From an uncultured Methylomirabilota bacterium (GTDB lineage: Bacteria; Methylomirabilota; Methylomirabilia; Methylomirabilales; 2-02-FULL-66-22), in the NCBI GenBank assembly GCA_963845565.1, contig CAWJSJ010000001.1, positions 480,001 through 544,000 of the forward strand: a stretch of 64,000 nt of DNA. The letters run 5' to 3'. Below the pieces are notes generated by a model that did not search any database, was not told where the DNA came from, and saw only the letters and a program-made list of their open reading frames with translations. The position numbers were made by a program, and so were the translations under genes. This document shows positions 19,194 through 28,942 of this stretch, piece after piece; position 1 is the first letter of the stretch, and each line of letters opens with the position of its first letter.

Positions 19194-19940
19194 ATGGCAA
19201 TGACGGACAACGGTCGGGGGCGCAACCTTCGTGCGGAGGCGTTGGTCAAGGCCTACAAGAAGCGGGTGGTCGTGGCCGGGCTGAGTCTGGCCCTGGACGC
19301 GGGAGAGGTTGTCGGACTCCTGGGACCCAACGGCGCCGGCAAGACCACGGCCTTTTATATGATCTTGGGCCTCACGCGGCCCGACTCGGGGCGGGTCGCC
19401 TTGAACGGGAACGATATCACCTTTCTGCCCGTGCATCAGCGTGCCCGCCTGGGGATGGGGTTCTTGCCGCAGGAGCCCTCCATTTTTCGCAAGTTGACCG
19501 TGGAGGAGAACGTCCTGGCGATTCTGGAGGCGCGCGGCATGCCGGCGGCGGCGCGCCGGGAACGTGCGCAAACGCTTCTTAGCGACCTGAACATCTCCCA
19601 CCTCGCTAAGAGTCGCGCCTACACCCTTTCCGGCGGAGAGCGACGGCGCGCCGAGATCACCCGGACGCTGGCGACCGACCCGGCCTTCATCTTGCTGGAC
19701 GAGCCATTTGCCGGGATCGATCCGATCGCGGTCTACGACATCCAAGGCATCATCGGCCAACTCAAGGACCGCGGCATCGGCGTGCTCATCACCGATCACA
19801 ACGTGCGTGAGACCTTGCAGATCGTGGACCGAGCCTATATTATTCACGAAGGGAAGATCCTGGTGTCCGGCACGGCGACCGAGTTAGCCTCGGACGAGCG
19901 CGCCCGCCAGATCTACCTCGGAGAACGTTTCTCGCTGTAA
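19194..19940 (+). CDS. lptB: LPS export ABC ATPase
   Basis: GPNGAGKTT, LSGGERRR, LLDEPFAGIDP and ITDHNVRETL motifs. Confidence 0.96.
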   Translation: MAMTDNGRGRNLRAEALVKAYKKRVVVAGLSLALDAGEVVGLLGPNGAGKTTAFYMILGLTRPDSGRVALNGNDITFLPVHQRARLGMGFLPQEPSIFRKLTVEENVLAILEARGMPAAARRERAQTLLSDLNISHLAKSRAYTLSGGERRRAEITRTLATDPAFILLDEPFAGIDPIAVYDIQGIIGQLKDRGIGVLITDHNVRETLQIVDRAYIIHEGKILVSGTATELASDERARQIYLGERFSL

Positions 19941-19960
19941 CGGAAGGACCGCCGGCCTCC

Positions 19961-21397
19961 ATGGCGTTCGACACCAGACTCCGGATGCTTCAGACGCAGC
20001 GGATGATCATGACGCCGATGCTGCAGCAGGCGATCGGCCTGTTGCAGTTGTCGCGTTTGGAGTTGGTCCAGGAGTTGCGACAGCAGATCGAGCAGAACCC
20101 GGTGCTGGAAGAGGTCCTCGAAGAGGTGGAGGAGCCGCAGCTCACGCAAGAGCAGGAAGCGCCGCCCGAGCCCGAGGTCACCGCGGAGGCGGACACGGAT
20201 GGGGCAGATCGGCTGGGCGAGTTCGACTGGGACAACTACCTCCAAGATGCCTCCGACTATCGGCCCCAGATCCCCCGGGAGGAACTCGAGCGGTTCGACG
20301 CGGAGATCCATCTGACGCGACCCCGCTCGCTCATCGACCATCTGCTGTTTCAGCTCCACCTCAGCACCTCGGACCCGGAAATACTCCAGCTGGCAACCGT
20401 GGTGATCGGGAACTTGGACGAGGCCGGGTACCTCAAGGAACCCTTGGAGGGATTGGCGACGGGCGCGGAGGTCGCGCTGTCTCGGCTGGAGGAGGCCCTG
20501 CGGCTGGTCCAAAGCTTCGAGCCCACCGGAGTCGGCGCCCGCGACCTTCGGGAGTGCTTGCTGCTCCAGGTGGACAGCCGTCCGGACTTGCACCCGCTCG
20601 CCAAGGAGCTGATCGGGTCCCACCTGGCGGACCTGGAGCGGCGGAACTGGGAGCGGCTGGCGGAGACGCTCAAGGTCCCCGTCAAAGAGGTGCAGGAAGC
20701 GGTCGAGTCGATCGCGTCGCTCGAACCGAAACCCGGGCGGACTTTCGGGACCGAGGATCCGCGCTACATCACGCCCGACGTGTACATCGTCAAGGTGGAC
20801 GGTGAGTTCCTGGTGCTGCTGAACGACGAAGGGTTGCCGCGCCTGCGGGTGAGCCCGTACTACCGCACCATCCTGGCGAACAAGACGGGAAGCGCCAAGG
20901 ACGTCCGGGAATACATCGAGGGGCGGATGCGCTCCGCCCTCTGGTTGATTCGGAGCATCGAACAACGGCAGCGCACGCTGTTCAAGGTCGCGTCCAGCCT
21001 TGTGAAGTTCCAGCGAGAGTTTCTGGAACGGGGCATCACGGCGCTCAAGCCATTGACGCTCAAAGAGGTGGCCGAGGATATCGGTATGCACGAGTCCACG
21101 GTCAGTCGCGTGACCACCAACAAATACGTCCAGACGCCGCAGGGGTTGTTCGAACTGAAGTATTTCTTTCATCGGGGCGTTCCCAGCAGCCAGGGAGGGG
21201 ATAACGTCTCCTCCTTGAAGGTCAAGGACCTCATCCACAAACTGCTGACGGTGGAGGACAGCGGCCGCCCGCTCTCGGATCAACGGATTGTGGAAGTGCT
21301 CCGACGCGAGCATGCCATCGAAATCGCCCGGCGCACGGTGGCCAAGTATCGTAGCCAGTTGAGGATTCCCTCTTCGAGTCGGCGGAAGCGGTACTGA
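19961..21397 (+). CDS. rpoN: RNA polymerase sigma-54 factor
   Basis: MHESTVSRVT and RpoN box ARRTVAKYR. Confidence 0.97.
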   Translation: MAFDTRLRMLQTQRMIMTPMLQQAIGLLQLSRLELVQELRQQIEQNPVLEEVLEEVEEPQLTQEQEAPPEPEVTAEADTDGADRLGEFDWDNYLQDASDYRPQIPREELERFDAEIHLTRPRSLIDHLLFQLHLSTSDPEILQLATVVIGNLDEAGYLKEPLEGLATGAEVALSRLEEALRLVQSFEPTGVGARDLRECLLLQVDSRPDLHPLAKELIGSHLADLERRNWERLAETLKVPVKEVQEAVESIASLEPKPGRTFGTEDPRYITPDVYIVKVDGEFLVLLNDEGLPRLRVSPYYRTILANKTGSAKDVREYIEGRMRSALWLIRSIEQRQRTLFKVASSLVKFQREFLERGITALKPLTLKEVAEDIGMHESTVSRVTTNKYVQTPQGLFELKYFFHRGVPSSQGGDNVSSLKVKDLIHKLLTVEDSGRPLSDQRIVEVLRREHAIEIARRTVAKYRSQLRIPSSSRRKRY

Positions 21398-21474
21398 GCT
21401 GAGCGGGCAGGCGTCCCGGGGTCAGTCGCCCGGTGGCATTGTGAGGCCTGTGTAGTCTCCGAAAGGAGTCGACC

Positions 21475-22002
21475 ATGCACCTGTCAGTGAAAGGGCGAAA
21501 CCTGGAAGTGACGGACGCCCTCCGCACCTACGCGGAGGAAAAGGTCCAGCGGATGGGCAAGTACCTAGAGGGGATCGTGTCCGGGAGTGTCGTGTTGTCG
21601 GTGGAGAAGCATCGGCAGATCGCGGAGGTGACGCTGCGGGTGCGGGACCTCACCGTCCGGGCGGAGGAAAGTACCGACGATCTCTATTCGTCCATCGACC
21701 TGGTGGCGGAGAAGCTGGAACGGCAGATCCTGCGCCATAAAGAGCGCATCGTCGCCCACATGGACCGGTCCGGCCGCCGCGAGGAACGACAGACCGTCCG
21801 ACCGACGGCGCCGGTCGAGGAGCCGCGCGTGGTCAAGACCAAGCGCTTTGCCGTCAAGCCAGCCGAGGTGGAGGAGGCCATCCTCCAGATGGACTTGCTC
21901 GGGCATAATTTTTATGTCTTCCGGAACGCGCTGACGGACGAGGTGAACGTCGTGTACCGGCGGCGCGATGGGCACTACGGGCTGATCGAGCCCGAGGGGT
22001 AG
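21475..22002 (+). CDS. hpf: Ribosome hibernation promoting factor (long form)
   Basis: DLY.SID..KLERQ; C-terminal EEAILQM.LLGH.F..VYRR.DG.YGLI. Confidence 0.94.
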   Translation: MHLSVKGRNLEVTDALRTYAEEKVQRMGKYLEGIVSGSVVLSVEKHRQIAEVTLRVRDLTVRAEESTDDLYSSIDLVAEKLERQILRHKERIVAHMDRSGRREERQTVRPTAPVEEPRVVKTKRFAVKPAEVEEAILQMDLLGHNFYVFRNALTDEVNVVYRRRDGHYGLIEPEG

Positions 22003-22004
22003 CC

Positions 22005-22589
22005 ATGGACCCGGTGGAGGCTCCGGCCGAAGCCAGCCTGCACGGGGTGCTGGTGGACGTCAGCGGAATCGGGGTCCTGCTCTTGGGAGAGAGCGGGACC
22101 GGGAAGAGCGAATGCGCGCTGGATCTGGTCACTCGCGGTCACCGCTTGGTGGCCGACGATGTGGTGGAGATCTGGCGGGAGGGGCCCCTGGGGGTCATCG
22201 GGCGTGGGCCCGCCCGGATCAGGTACCACATGGAGATCCGGGGGTTGGGGATCATCAACGTCCGGCACCTGTTCGGCGTCGCGGCCGTCCGTGAGCGGAA
22301 ACGGATCGAGCTGGTAATTCACTTGGAGGCCTGGCGGCCCGACGAGGAGTATGAGCGGCTCGGGCTGGTGGATCGGATGCACACCCTGCTCGGCGTCGAG
22401 ATTCCGATGCTCCGAATCCCGCTGTCGATCGGCCGGAACGCGGCCATTTTGGTGGAGGTGGCGGCGCGTAATCACGTGTTGAAACGGATGGGGGTCCATG
22501 CGGCGCGGGCCTTCACCACAGCTCTGGGAGCCGGTCCGGGCGCGACGGATTCTCCGGTCGGTCCCTGCGGAGCCGACGAACCGGCGTGA
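22005..22589 (+). CDS. hprK: HPr kinase/phosphorylase, catalytic domain only
   Basis: HGVLVDV.G.GVL..GESGTGKSE, LVADD and MEIRGLGII motifs; no N-terminal domain. Confidence 0.88.
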   Translation: MDPVEAPAEASLHGVLVDVSGIGVLLLGESGTGKSECALDLVTRGHRLVADDVVEIWREGPLGVIGRGPARIRYHMEIRGLGIINVRHLFGVAAVRERKRIELVIHLEAWRPDEEYERLGLVDRMHTLLGVEIPMLRIPLSIGRNAAILVEVAARNHVLKRMGVHAARAFTTALGAGPGATDSPVGPCGADEPA

Positions 22590-22637
22590 GACCCGAGAGG
22601 GGAGGGTTCGCCGCCTGTTCTCGGCGGCGAGGCGACG

Positions 22638-23504
22638 ATGAGCGGACTCGACGTCATCGTGGTGACGGGTATGTCGGGGGCGGGAAAGAGCGCCGCCAGT
22701 CGCTGCCTGGAGGATCTCGGATTCTTCTGCATCGACAATCTGCCGGCGGCACTTATTCCGAAGGTTGCCGAGCTGTGCGCCCAGTCCGAGAAGCGCATCG
22801 AGCGCGTGGCCCTGGTGATCGACGCCCGGGAGGGCCGGTTCCTGGACGCCCTGTTCGAGATCCTGGTGGATCTGCGGCGCGAGGGGAACCAGGTACGCAT
22901 GGTGTTTCTCGACGCCAGCGACGAGGTGCTGGTGCGCCGCTTCAGCGAGAGCCGGCGCCCGCACCCGATGGCCCCCGGCGGCTCGGCACCGGAAGGGATC
23001 CGGGCGGAGCGGGCCCGCCTGGCCGCTCTCAAGGCCAAGGCGGACCTGGTCATCGATACCTCCGGCTTCACCGTTCATGAGTTCCGCAAGCTGCTCGCCA
23101 CGTCGTTTCTCGACCTCCCGGCGCCCCCGCGGACGGTCTTGGCCTTGGTGTCCTTCGGGTACCGGCATGGGCTGCCGGTCGATGCGGATCTAGTGTTCGA
23201 CACCCGTTGCCTCCCCAATCCGCATTTTGTGGAGGCGTTGCGCCCGCTGACCGGGCTGGCGGAGGGCGTCAAGGAGTACGTGCTGGGGTCCGCTCAGGCG
23301 CGAGGGTTTCTGGATCAGATCCAGACGTTTCTCACTTTTGCCCTGCCCCTCTACCTACACGAAGGGAAGGCATATTTGACGATCGCGATCGGTTGCACCG
23401 GGGGACGCCATCGGTCCGTTGCGCTCGCGGAAGATTTGGCGCGGCGTATGCGCGACATGGCGTACGAGGTATCGGTGCGGCATCGCGACGTGGAGCGAGA
23501 ATAA
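22638..23504 (+). CDS. rapZ: RNase adapter RapZ (YvcJ)
   Basis: TGMSGAGKS, DNLP and IGCTGGRHRSV motifs. Confidence 0.95.
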   Translation: MSGLDVIVVTGMSGAGKSAASRCLEDLGFFCIDNLPAALIPKVAELCAQSEKRIERVALVIDAREGRFLDALFEILVDLRREGNQVRMVFLDASDEVLVRRFSESRRPHPMAPGGSAPEGIRAERARLAALKAKADLVIDTSGFTVHEFRKLLATSFLDLPAPPRTVLALVSFGYRHGLPVDADLVFDTRCLPNPHFVEALRPLTGLAEGVKEYVLGSAQARGFLDQIQTFLTFALPLYLHEGKAYLTIAIGCTGGRHRSVALAEDLARRMRDMAYEVSVRHRDVERE

Positions 23505-23507
23505 GCC

Positions 23508-23933
23508 ATGATCGGGATCATAGTGGTCACCCACGGAGACCTCGGGACGGAGCTCCTCCGCACGGCGCAGGAGATTGTAGGGAAGTTTCCCAGCGTGGAA
23601 GCGGTGTCCGTCCACGCGTCGGAGCAGATCGACAAGGCCCGCAAGAAGATCGAGGCCTCGCTGCAGCGAGTCAGCGACGGCAGCGGCGTGCTCATCCTCA
23701 CCGACCTGTTCGGCGGGACGCCGTCCAACTTGGTGCTCTCCTATTTGGAAGCGGGCCGTCTCGAGGTCGTGACTGGGGTCAATCTTCCGATGCTGATGAA
23801 GCTGCCGTCCCTCCGGGAGGAGCGGGACCTGCGCACGCTGGCGGATAGTCTGGCCAAGTATGGTCAGCGCAACATCCTGGTGGCCAGCGAATTCCTCGCC
23901 AAGCAGGGAAAACCCGTTACCCCTACCCGCTGA
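23508..23933 (+). CDS. PTS EIIA component, mannose/fructose family
   Basis: VVTHG, TDLFGGTPSN and GVNLPML motifs. Confidence 0.93.
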   Translation: MIGIIVVTHGDLGTELLRTAQEIVGKFPSVEAVSVHASEQIDKARKKIEASLQRVSDGSGVLILTDLFGGTPSNLVLSYLEAGRLEVVTGVNLPMLMKLPSLREERDLRTLADSLAKYGQRNILVASEFLAKQGKPVTPTR

Positions 23934-24084
23934 CGCCCGCTCCGACACGCGCCGGGGCGTAGGTCGCTGACGAAGCCGGCGCGCCTCGCGCAGGCCGCTG
24001 CAACGCAGATCGCCCGCCCCGGCTGCGGCCACGGTTGGCCCGCAGGAGCGGGCAGGGCGTGCAGCGGGGAGACACGCCGGAGAG

Positions 24085-24381
24085 GTGAAAGGCGACGACG
24101 TGGAAGACGGTGGCGTGACCCGCGACGTGGTGATCCGGAACCGCCTGGGCTTGCACGCGCGGGCCTCCGCGCAGTTCGTCAAGACGGCCGGCCGGTTCCA
24201 GGCGGAGATCACGGTGGAGGTGGGTGCGCGGCGGGTGAACGGAAAGAGCATCATGGGTCTGCTCCTGCTCGCAGCAGCGCAGGGGACGATGTTGCGGCTC
24301 CGGGCCGCCGGGGCGGACGGATCGGCGGCGATCGAGGCGCTGGCCGTCCTCGTGGACGGTCTGTTCGGGGAGCCGGAATAG
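24085..24381 (+). CDS. ptsH: Phosphocarrier protein HPr
   Basis: GLHARA (His15) and NGKSIMG (Ser46). Confidence 0.93.
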   Translation: MKGDDVEDGGVTRDVVIRNRLGLHARASAQFVKTAGRFQAEITVEVGARRVNGKSIMGLLLLAAAQGTMLRLRAAGADGSAAIEALAVLVDGLFGEPE

Positions 24382-25229
24382 TGGCGGGTGTGGGCGGCTC
24401 GGGCAACGCCGGTTCCGGCGGGACACGGGATGCGCCCGCGTGGCGCGTACTCTCCCACCAGGCGAGCGACGGCCCGCGGAACATGGCGGTGGACGAGGCG
24501 ATCGCCCGGAGTGTCGGGGCGGGGCAGGCCCCACCCACCGTCCGGTTTTACGCCTGGCGCGCGCCGACGGTGTCGTTGGGTTGCCTGCAGCGAGCCGACG
24601 GCGCCATCGCCGCGGCGGCGTGTCGTCGGTTGGGTGTGGCCGTTGTCCGGCGGCCCACGGGAGGGCGCGCCGTCCTGCATGATCGAGAGTTGACCTACAG
24701 CCTGTGCCTTCCGCTGGACGACGTCTGGGGTCGTTTGACGGTCGCCGAGAGCTTCCGCCTGGCGAGTCAGGGGCTTCTCGTCGGGCTCCGGCGTTTGGGC
24801 GTGCCGGCAGTGCTGGCGGAGGGCAACGGTGACCCACGGACGTCCGGAGGAACCGAAGCCTGTTTCCAGCTGCGCCGCCTGCCGGCCATCCTGGCGGGAG
24901 GGCGCAAGCTCCTCGGGTCGGCACAGCGACGGTGGCATGCGGTACTCCTGCAGCACGGTTCGCTCCTGGTCGACGTGGACCTGGAGATGCACCAGTCGGT
25001 CTTCCCCACCTGGACGCGGGGGGGAGCGGAGAACGGCGTGACGGGGCTGAAGGCAATCCTCTCGCAGGTTCCTCCGCGGTCTGCCTTGGAGTCGGCGCTG
25101 CTGGGCGGATGGCATGAGGTCCTGGGCGTGGTGTGGCAGCCGGCCGAGTTGACGGTCGGGGAACGGGAGGAAGCCGAGCGGCTCGTCGGAATGCGGTACG
25201 GTGACCCGGCCTGGACCTGGCGCCGGTGA
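24381..25229 (+). CDS. Lipoate-protein ligase/octanoyltransferase (LipM-like)
   Basis: NMAVDEA, RRPTGGRAVLH, KLLGSAQRR and LQHGS motifs. Confidence 0.88.
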   Translation: MAGVGGSGNAGSGGTRDAPAWRVLSHQASDGPRNMAVDEAIARSVGAGQAPPTVRFYAWRAPTVSLGCLQRADGAIAAAACRRLGVAVVRRPTGGRAVLHDRELTYSLCLPLDDVWGRLTVAESFRLASQGLLVGLRRLGVPAVLAEGNGDPRTSGGTEACFQLRRLPAILAGGRKLLGSAQRRWHAVLLQHGSLLVDVDLEMHQSVFPTWTRGGAENGVTGLKAILSQVPPRSALESALLGGWHEVLGVVWQPAELTVGEREEAERLVGMRYGDPAWTWRR

Positions 25230-25315
25230 CGCCCGAGCGCGTCTCGGGCTGAGATTTCACAGGGTTCGGACGGTTCGTGCCGATCCGTGGGCCTATGCCA
25301 GGTCGGCCAAACCGC

Positions 25316-25344
25316 TTGACACCCTGGTGGGGCTTTGGTAGCCT
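25316..25344 (+). promoter_or_regulatory. Sigma70-type promoter of the TPR gene
   Basis: TTGACA-17 nt-TAGCCT with extended -10 TG. Confidence 0.6.
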
Positions 25345-25383
25345 CAACAACCGATTCTCGCACAGCAACGGGAATTTTTACCT

Positions 25384-28300
25384 ATGGCCTTCGATAAGCG
25401 AAAATCCCTGCAAAACGCGCTCGCGTATACCCAGCAAGGGAAGTGGGACCGCGCCATCGCAGAGTACCAGTCTATCCTGAAAGCCGAGCCGCGCGATCTG
25501 ACCGTCTGCAACAATCTTGGGGACCTGTACGCCCGCGCCGGCAAAACGGGAGAGGCGATCGATCAATACCTGAAGCTGGGAGAGCTCTACCGCTCCGACG
25601 GGCTCTCGGTCAAGGCCATTGCCGTTTACAAGAAGATCGCCAAGCTCGATCCCACGCATACTCAGGCCTATCTGGCCTGCGCCGATCTGTATTGGGAACA
25701 GGGGCTGGTCGGCGAGGCCAAGATTCAGATGACGACGGTGGTCGACCATTATGCCAGGTCGGGGGATACGCCCAAACTGATCGAGGCCTATCGACGTCTG
25801 ACGCAGTTCGACCCGACCAATGCGGCGATCATTGTCAAACTCGCCGATCTCATGGTGAAGGAGAACCTGCGCGAGGCCGCGGCGGCGGAATACGAGCGCG
25901 CGGCGCAGGCCGCCCAGGCGGCCGGTCACGCGGCGGACGCGAAGCGGTTGGCGCAGAAGGCGCGCGACCTCTTGCCCGACGCGCCACGGCCGACGCTCGA
26001 ACACGCCGAGACGCTGATCGCCGCGGGGAAGCATCCGGAATCACTCGACATTCTGACCGCGATCACCGCGGCGGACGCGGGCAACGCCAAGGCCTGGCGT
26101 TTGTTGGGGGAGGTGCTCGCGTTGCAGGGCAACCCCGACGAGGCCGTCGAGGCGCTCCGGCGGGCGGTCTCGCTGGGAGTCGGCGAACCCGAAGTGGCGC
26201 GTACCTTGGGCGTCGTGCTCCTGCAGACGGGTCGGGCCACCGACGCGATCGCCGTCTGCCAGCGGGCGACCAGTGAGTGGCTGGCCCAGGGCGAGCCCGA
26301 TGCGGCCGTGGCCTGCTGCCAAGAACTGTTGAGCGCGGCTCCGCAGACAACGGCGCTGCATGCCCACTTGGCCTCGACGCTCCAACGCCTCGGGCGCCAT
26401 GAGGAGGCGCGAGTCGCCCTGCGATCGCTGGGCGCCGCTCAAGAGGCCGCCGGCGAGGTTGAGGCGGCGATCGACACCTACCATCGTGTGGTGGAACTGG
26501 AGCCGACCGATGGCGTCGCGCGGGCACGGTTGGAGGTATTGGAGCCCAGCGCCCCCGCTGTCGCGGAGCCGGCTCCGTCGCCACCCACCGACATGTCCGA
26601 GCCGACCGCGCCCGACGACACGCCGGTGGTCGAGCTGTCGGAGGATGCCCCGGATCTCACGCTGGCGTCGCTGGAGGAACTGGGTCTCGCCTTGGGGCCG
26701 GAAGAGACAGACACGGCGTCCGCGGAACCGGTGGTCGAACTGAGCGACGAGACCACGGAGGACTCCGTCTCGGCACTGAATGACCTCGACCTTTCCTTCG
26801 GGAGAGAGGACATGGCCCTCCTCGTGGAGGAGCCGGACCAGGCGACGACGACGGATGCCATCCCCCTTGCGACGGACGCGAGTGCGCCGACTCCGGGGAG
26901 CGTCGAGGACGAAACGCCGACGGCAGATTGGCTGACGCAAGGATTCCCATCCCTCGACGCAGGGGAGGTCGATCGTGCGGTTGTCACCGCCGAACCCGAT
27001 ACGCCGGTAGCGGAGATTCCCCAAGAACCGTCCGACCTCTTTGCGGGCGTCGGCGCCCCGGACGCGCATGACGGGCTTACGCTCGGGGGGGACGCGCCCC
27101 GGACTCCACCACGCGCCGAGTCGTGGCCGGTGATTGACGCGCCGAGCGACGAGGCGACGACGGGCGATCCCTCGCCCGCGATCGAGGCACCACCCGACGT
27201 GCCCCCGGCCTTCGAGACAGCGCCGTTCATCGAGATCCCGGTCGAGGAATTCCCGGTTGTAGAGATTCCCGACACGGTCGGCCCATCCTCGGAATCCCTG
27301 CTCGACCTTGAGCCGGCGGTCGGGGCACTCGCTCCGGTGGAGGATGCGGAGTCCTCGAGCCAGGTTACCGAGCAGTTGGCGGAAGCGGACGTCTACCAGA
27401 AATACGGCCTGGAGGAAAAGGCGCGCGAGCGGTTGCTGGAGGTGGTCCGCCTGGCGCCGGATAACCTGACCGCGCGACGCCGACTCAAGGCGATCTACCA
27501 AGACCGCCGGCAACGCGAGGAGGCCTGCGGCGAGATTTGGACGATCGCGCGGATCTTGCGGAAACGCGGTCAAGAAGAGGCGGCGCTGGCGGAGGCTCGG
27601 GAAGGTCTGTCGTTGATACCGGGTCAGGCGGACCTTACGCAGTTCCTGGCGGACAGCCCCGAGGGAGAGACGTCGCCCGCCGTGGGATTCCCGGCGGCGG
27701 CCGAGGCGGCACCGGGTACCGCGGAGCGGGCGGAACTTCCGCCGTCGGAGACGTTGCCCCAGCTCTGGGATGTCGAGGCGTCCGCCGACGCCCCAAATGC
27801 GGGTGAGGAAGTGCCGTCCGCGCCGTCCGTGTCTTCGCTCGACGACACGGATGCCACGGCGTCGGTGGGCGCCGATCCTGGCGTAGACCTTGATCGCATC
27901 CTCGGGCCCGTCGAGGGCGACGACCTTCCGTCGGAGCTTCGGGCGCTCTTGGACGACGGCGAACCGGATCCAATCGTGGTTCTTGACGACATCCGGAATG
28001 ATAACGATCAGGGGATGGCAGACGACGTGGCTGAGGCGGAGTTCTACGTGTCGCAAGGCATGTTGGACGAGGCTCAGGCGGTGTATCGGCGCATGCTGGC
28101 GCGCAGTCCGGACCATCCGGATGTCGGTGCCTTGGCGGAGCAAATCGCGCGCGTCACAGCGGCTTCCGCCTCCGTATCGGTCCCGCCTGGACCGGTCGTG
28201 GAGTCGGAGCCCGCGCCGGCGGCCACGGATGCCGAGGGGTCGGAGGCGACCGAGCCGACCCTCGCCATGGAGTTCGACCCGGCATTCTCGCAGGTCACGC

Positions 28301-28917
28301 CCGCCTTCACCGTGATGGACGTCCCATCCGAGGACGCCCCGGCTGGATTCGTGAATCTCGGCGCCGAGCTGAACGAGGAACTGGGGGCAGGCGAGCCGGA
28401 GGACTCCCTTCCAGGCGGCGGCGCGCTGGTGGACGGGCTGCTCACGGAGTATCAGGAGACGGTCCAGGGCCCGCTCAACGAGAGGGAGTACGAGACGCAC
28501 TACAATCTCGGCATCGCCTACAAGGAGATGGAACTGTACGACGAGGCCATCCAGGAGTTCCGCCTGACCGCCCAGGAGCCGAAGCGGGCGTTGGAGTGCG
28601 CCGACCTCGTGGGGCTGTGTTTCTTGGCGAAGGGGCAACCCGAACAGGCGATCCGAGATCTGGAGGCCGGTTTGGCGATCGAAGGGCACGCGCCGGAGGC
28701 GTACCACAGTCTGCGCTACGACCTCGGGACGGCCCTGGAGGCGGTTGGTGACCTGCCGCGGGCACTGGAACATTTCGAGCGTCTGCAGTCGGAAGGCCCG
28801 CGCTTCCGGGATGTGCCGGCGCGGGTCCAGGCGCTTCGGGACCGCATCCCTCAGGCGCAGGCCCCGGCCGCGGAGCGACAGACGGCGCGTAAAAAGAAAA
28901 AGATCTCCTTCATCTAG
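25384..28917 (+). CDS. Large TPR protein with acidic low-complexity linkers (SgmX-like architecture)
   Basis: N-terminal TPRs, Pro/Glu/Asp-rich spacers, ETHYNLGIAYKEM TPR block, terminal KKKKISFI. Confidence 0.75.
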   Translation: MAFDKRKSLQNALAYTQQGKWDRAIAEYQSILKAEPRDLTVCNNLGDLYARAGKTGEAIDQYLKLGELYRSDGLSVKAIAVYKKIAKLDPTHTQAYLACADLYWEQGLVGEAKIQMTTVVDHYARSGDTPKLIEAYRRLTQFDPTNAAIIVKLADLMVKENLREAAAAEYERAAQAAQAAGHAADAKRLAQKARDLLPDAPRPTLEHAETLIAAGKHPESLDILTAITAADAGNAKAWRLLGEVLALQGNPDEAVEALRRAVSLGVGEPEVARTLGVVLLQTGRATDAIAVCQRATSEWLAQGEPDAAVACCQELLSAAPQTTALHAHLASTLQRLGRHEEARVALRSLGAAQEAAGEVEAAIDTYHRVVELEPTDGVARARLEVLEPSAPAVAEPAPSPPTDMSEPTAPDDTPVVELSEDAPDLTLASLEELGLALGPEETDTASAEPVVELSDETTEDSVSALNDLDLSFGREDMALLVEEPDQATTTDAIPLATDASAPTPGSVEDETPTADWLTQGFPSLDAGEVDRAVVTAEPDTPVAEIPQEPSDLFAGVGAPDAHDGLTLGGDAPRTPPRAESWPVIDAPSDEATTGDPSPAIEAPPDVPPAFETAPFIEIPVEEFPVVEIPDTVGPSSESLLDLEPAVGALAPVEDAESSSQVTEQLAEADVYQKYGLEEKARERLLEVVRLAPDNLTARRRLKAIYQDRRQREEACGEIWTIARILRKRGQEEAALAEAREGLSLIPGQADLTQFLADSPEGETSPAVGFPAAAEAAPGTAERAELPPSETLPQLWDVEASADAPNAGEEVPSAPSVSSLDDTDATASVGADPGVDLDRILGPVEGDDLPSELRALLDDGEPDPIVVLDDIRNDNDQGMADDVAEAEFYVSQGMLDEAQAVYRRMLARSPDHPDVGALAEQIARVTAASASVSVPPGPVVESEPAPAATDAEGSEATEPTLAMEFDPAFSQVTPAFTVMDVPSEDAPAGFVNLGAELNEELGAGEPEDSLPGGGALVDGLLTEYQETVQGPLNEREYETHYNLGIAYKEMELYDEAIQEFRLTAQEPKRALECADLVGLCFLAKGQPEQAIRDLEAGLAIEGHAPEAYHSLRYDLGTALEAVGDLPRALEHFERLQSEGPRFRDVPARVQALRDRIPQAQAPAAERQTARKKKKISFI

Positions 28918-28942
28918 GGCCTTTCACCCGGGTCAGACAGCG

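Noticed and set aside
26041..28773. 910-aa minus-strand ORF and many other long antisense ORFs
   Set aside because: Shadow frames of GC-rich + strand genes with no recognisable motifs
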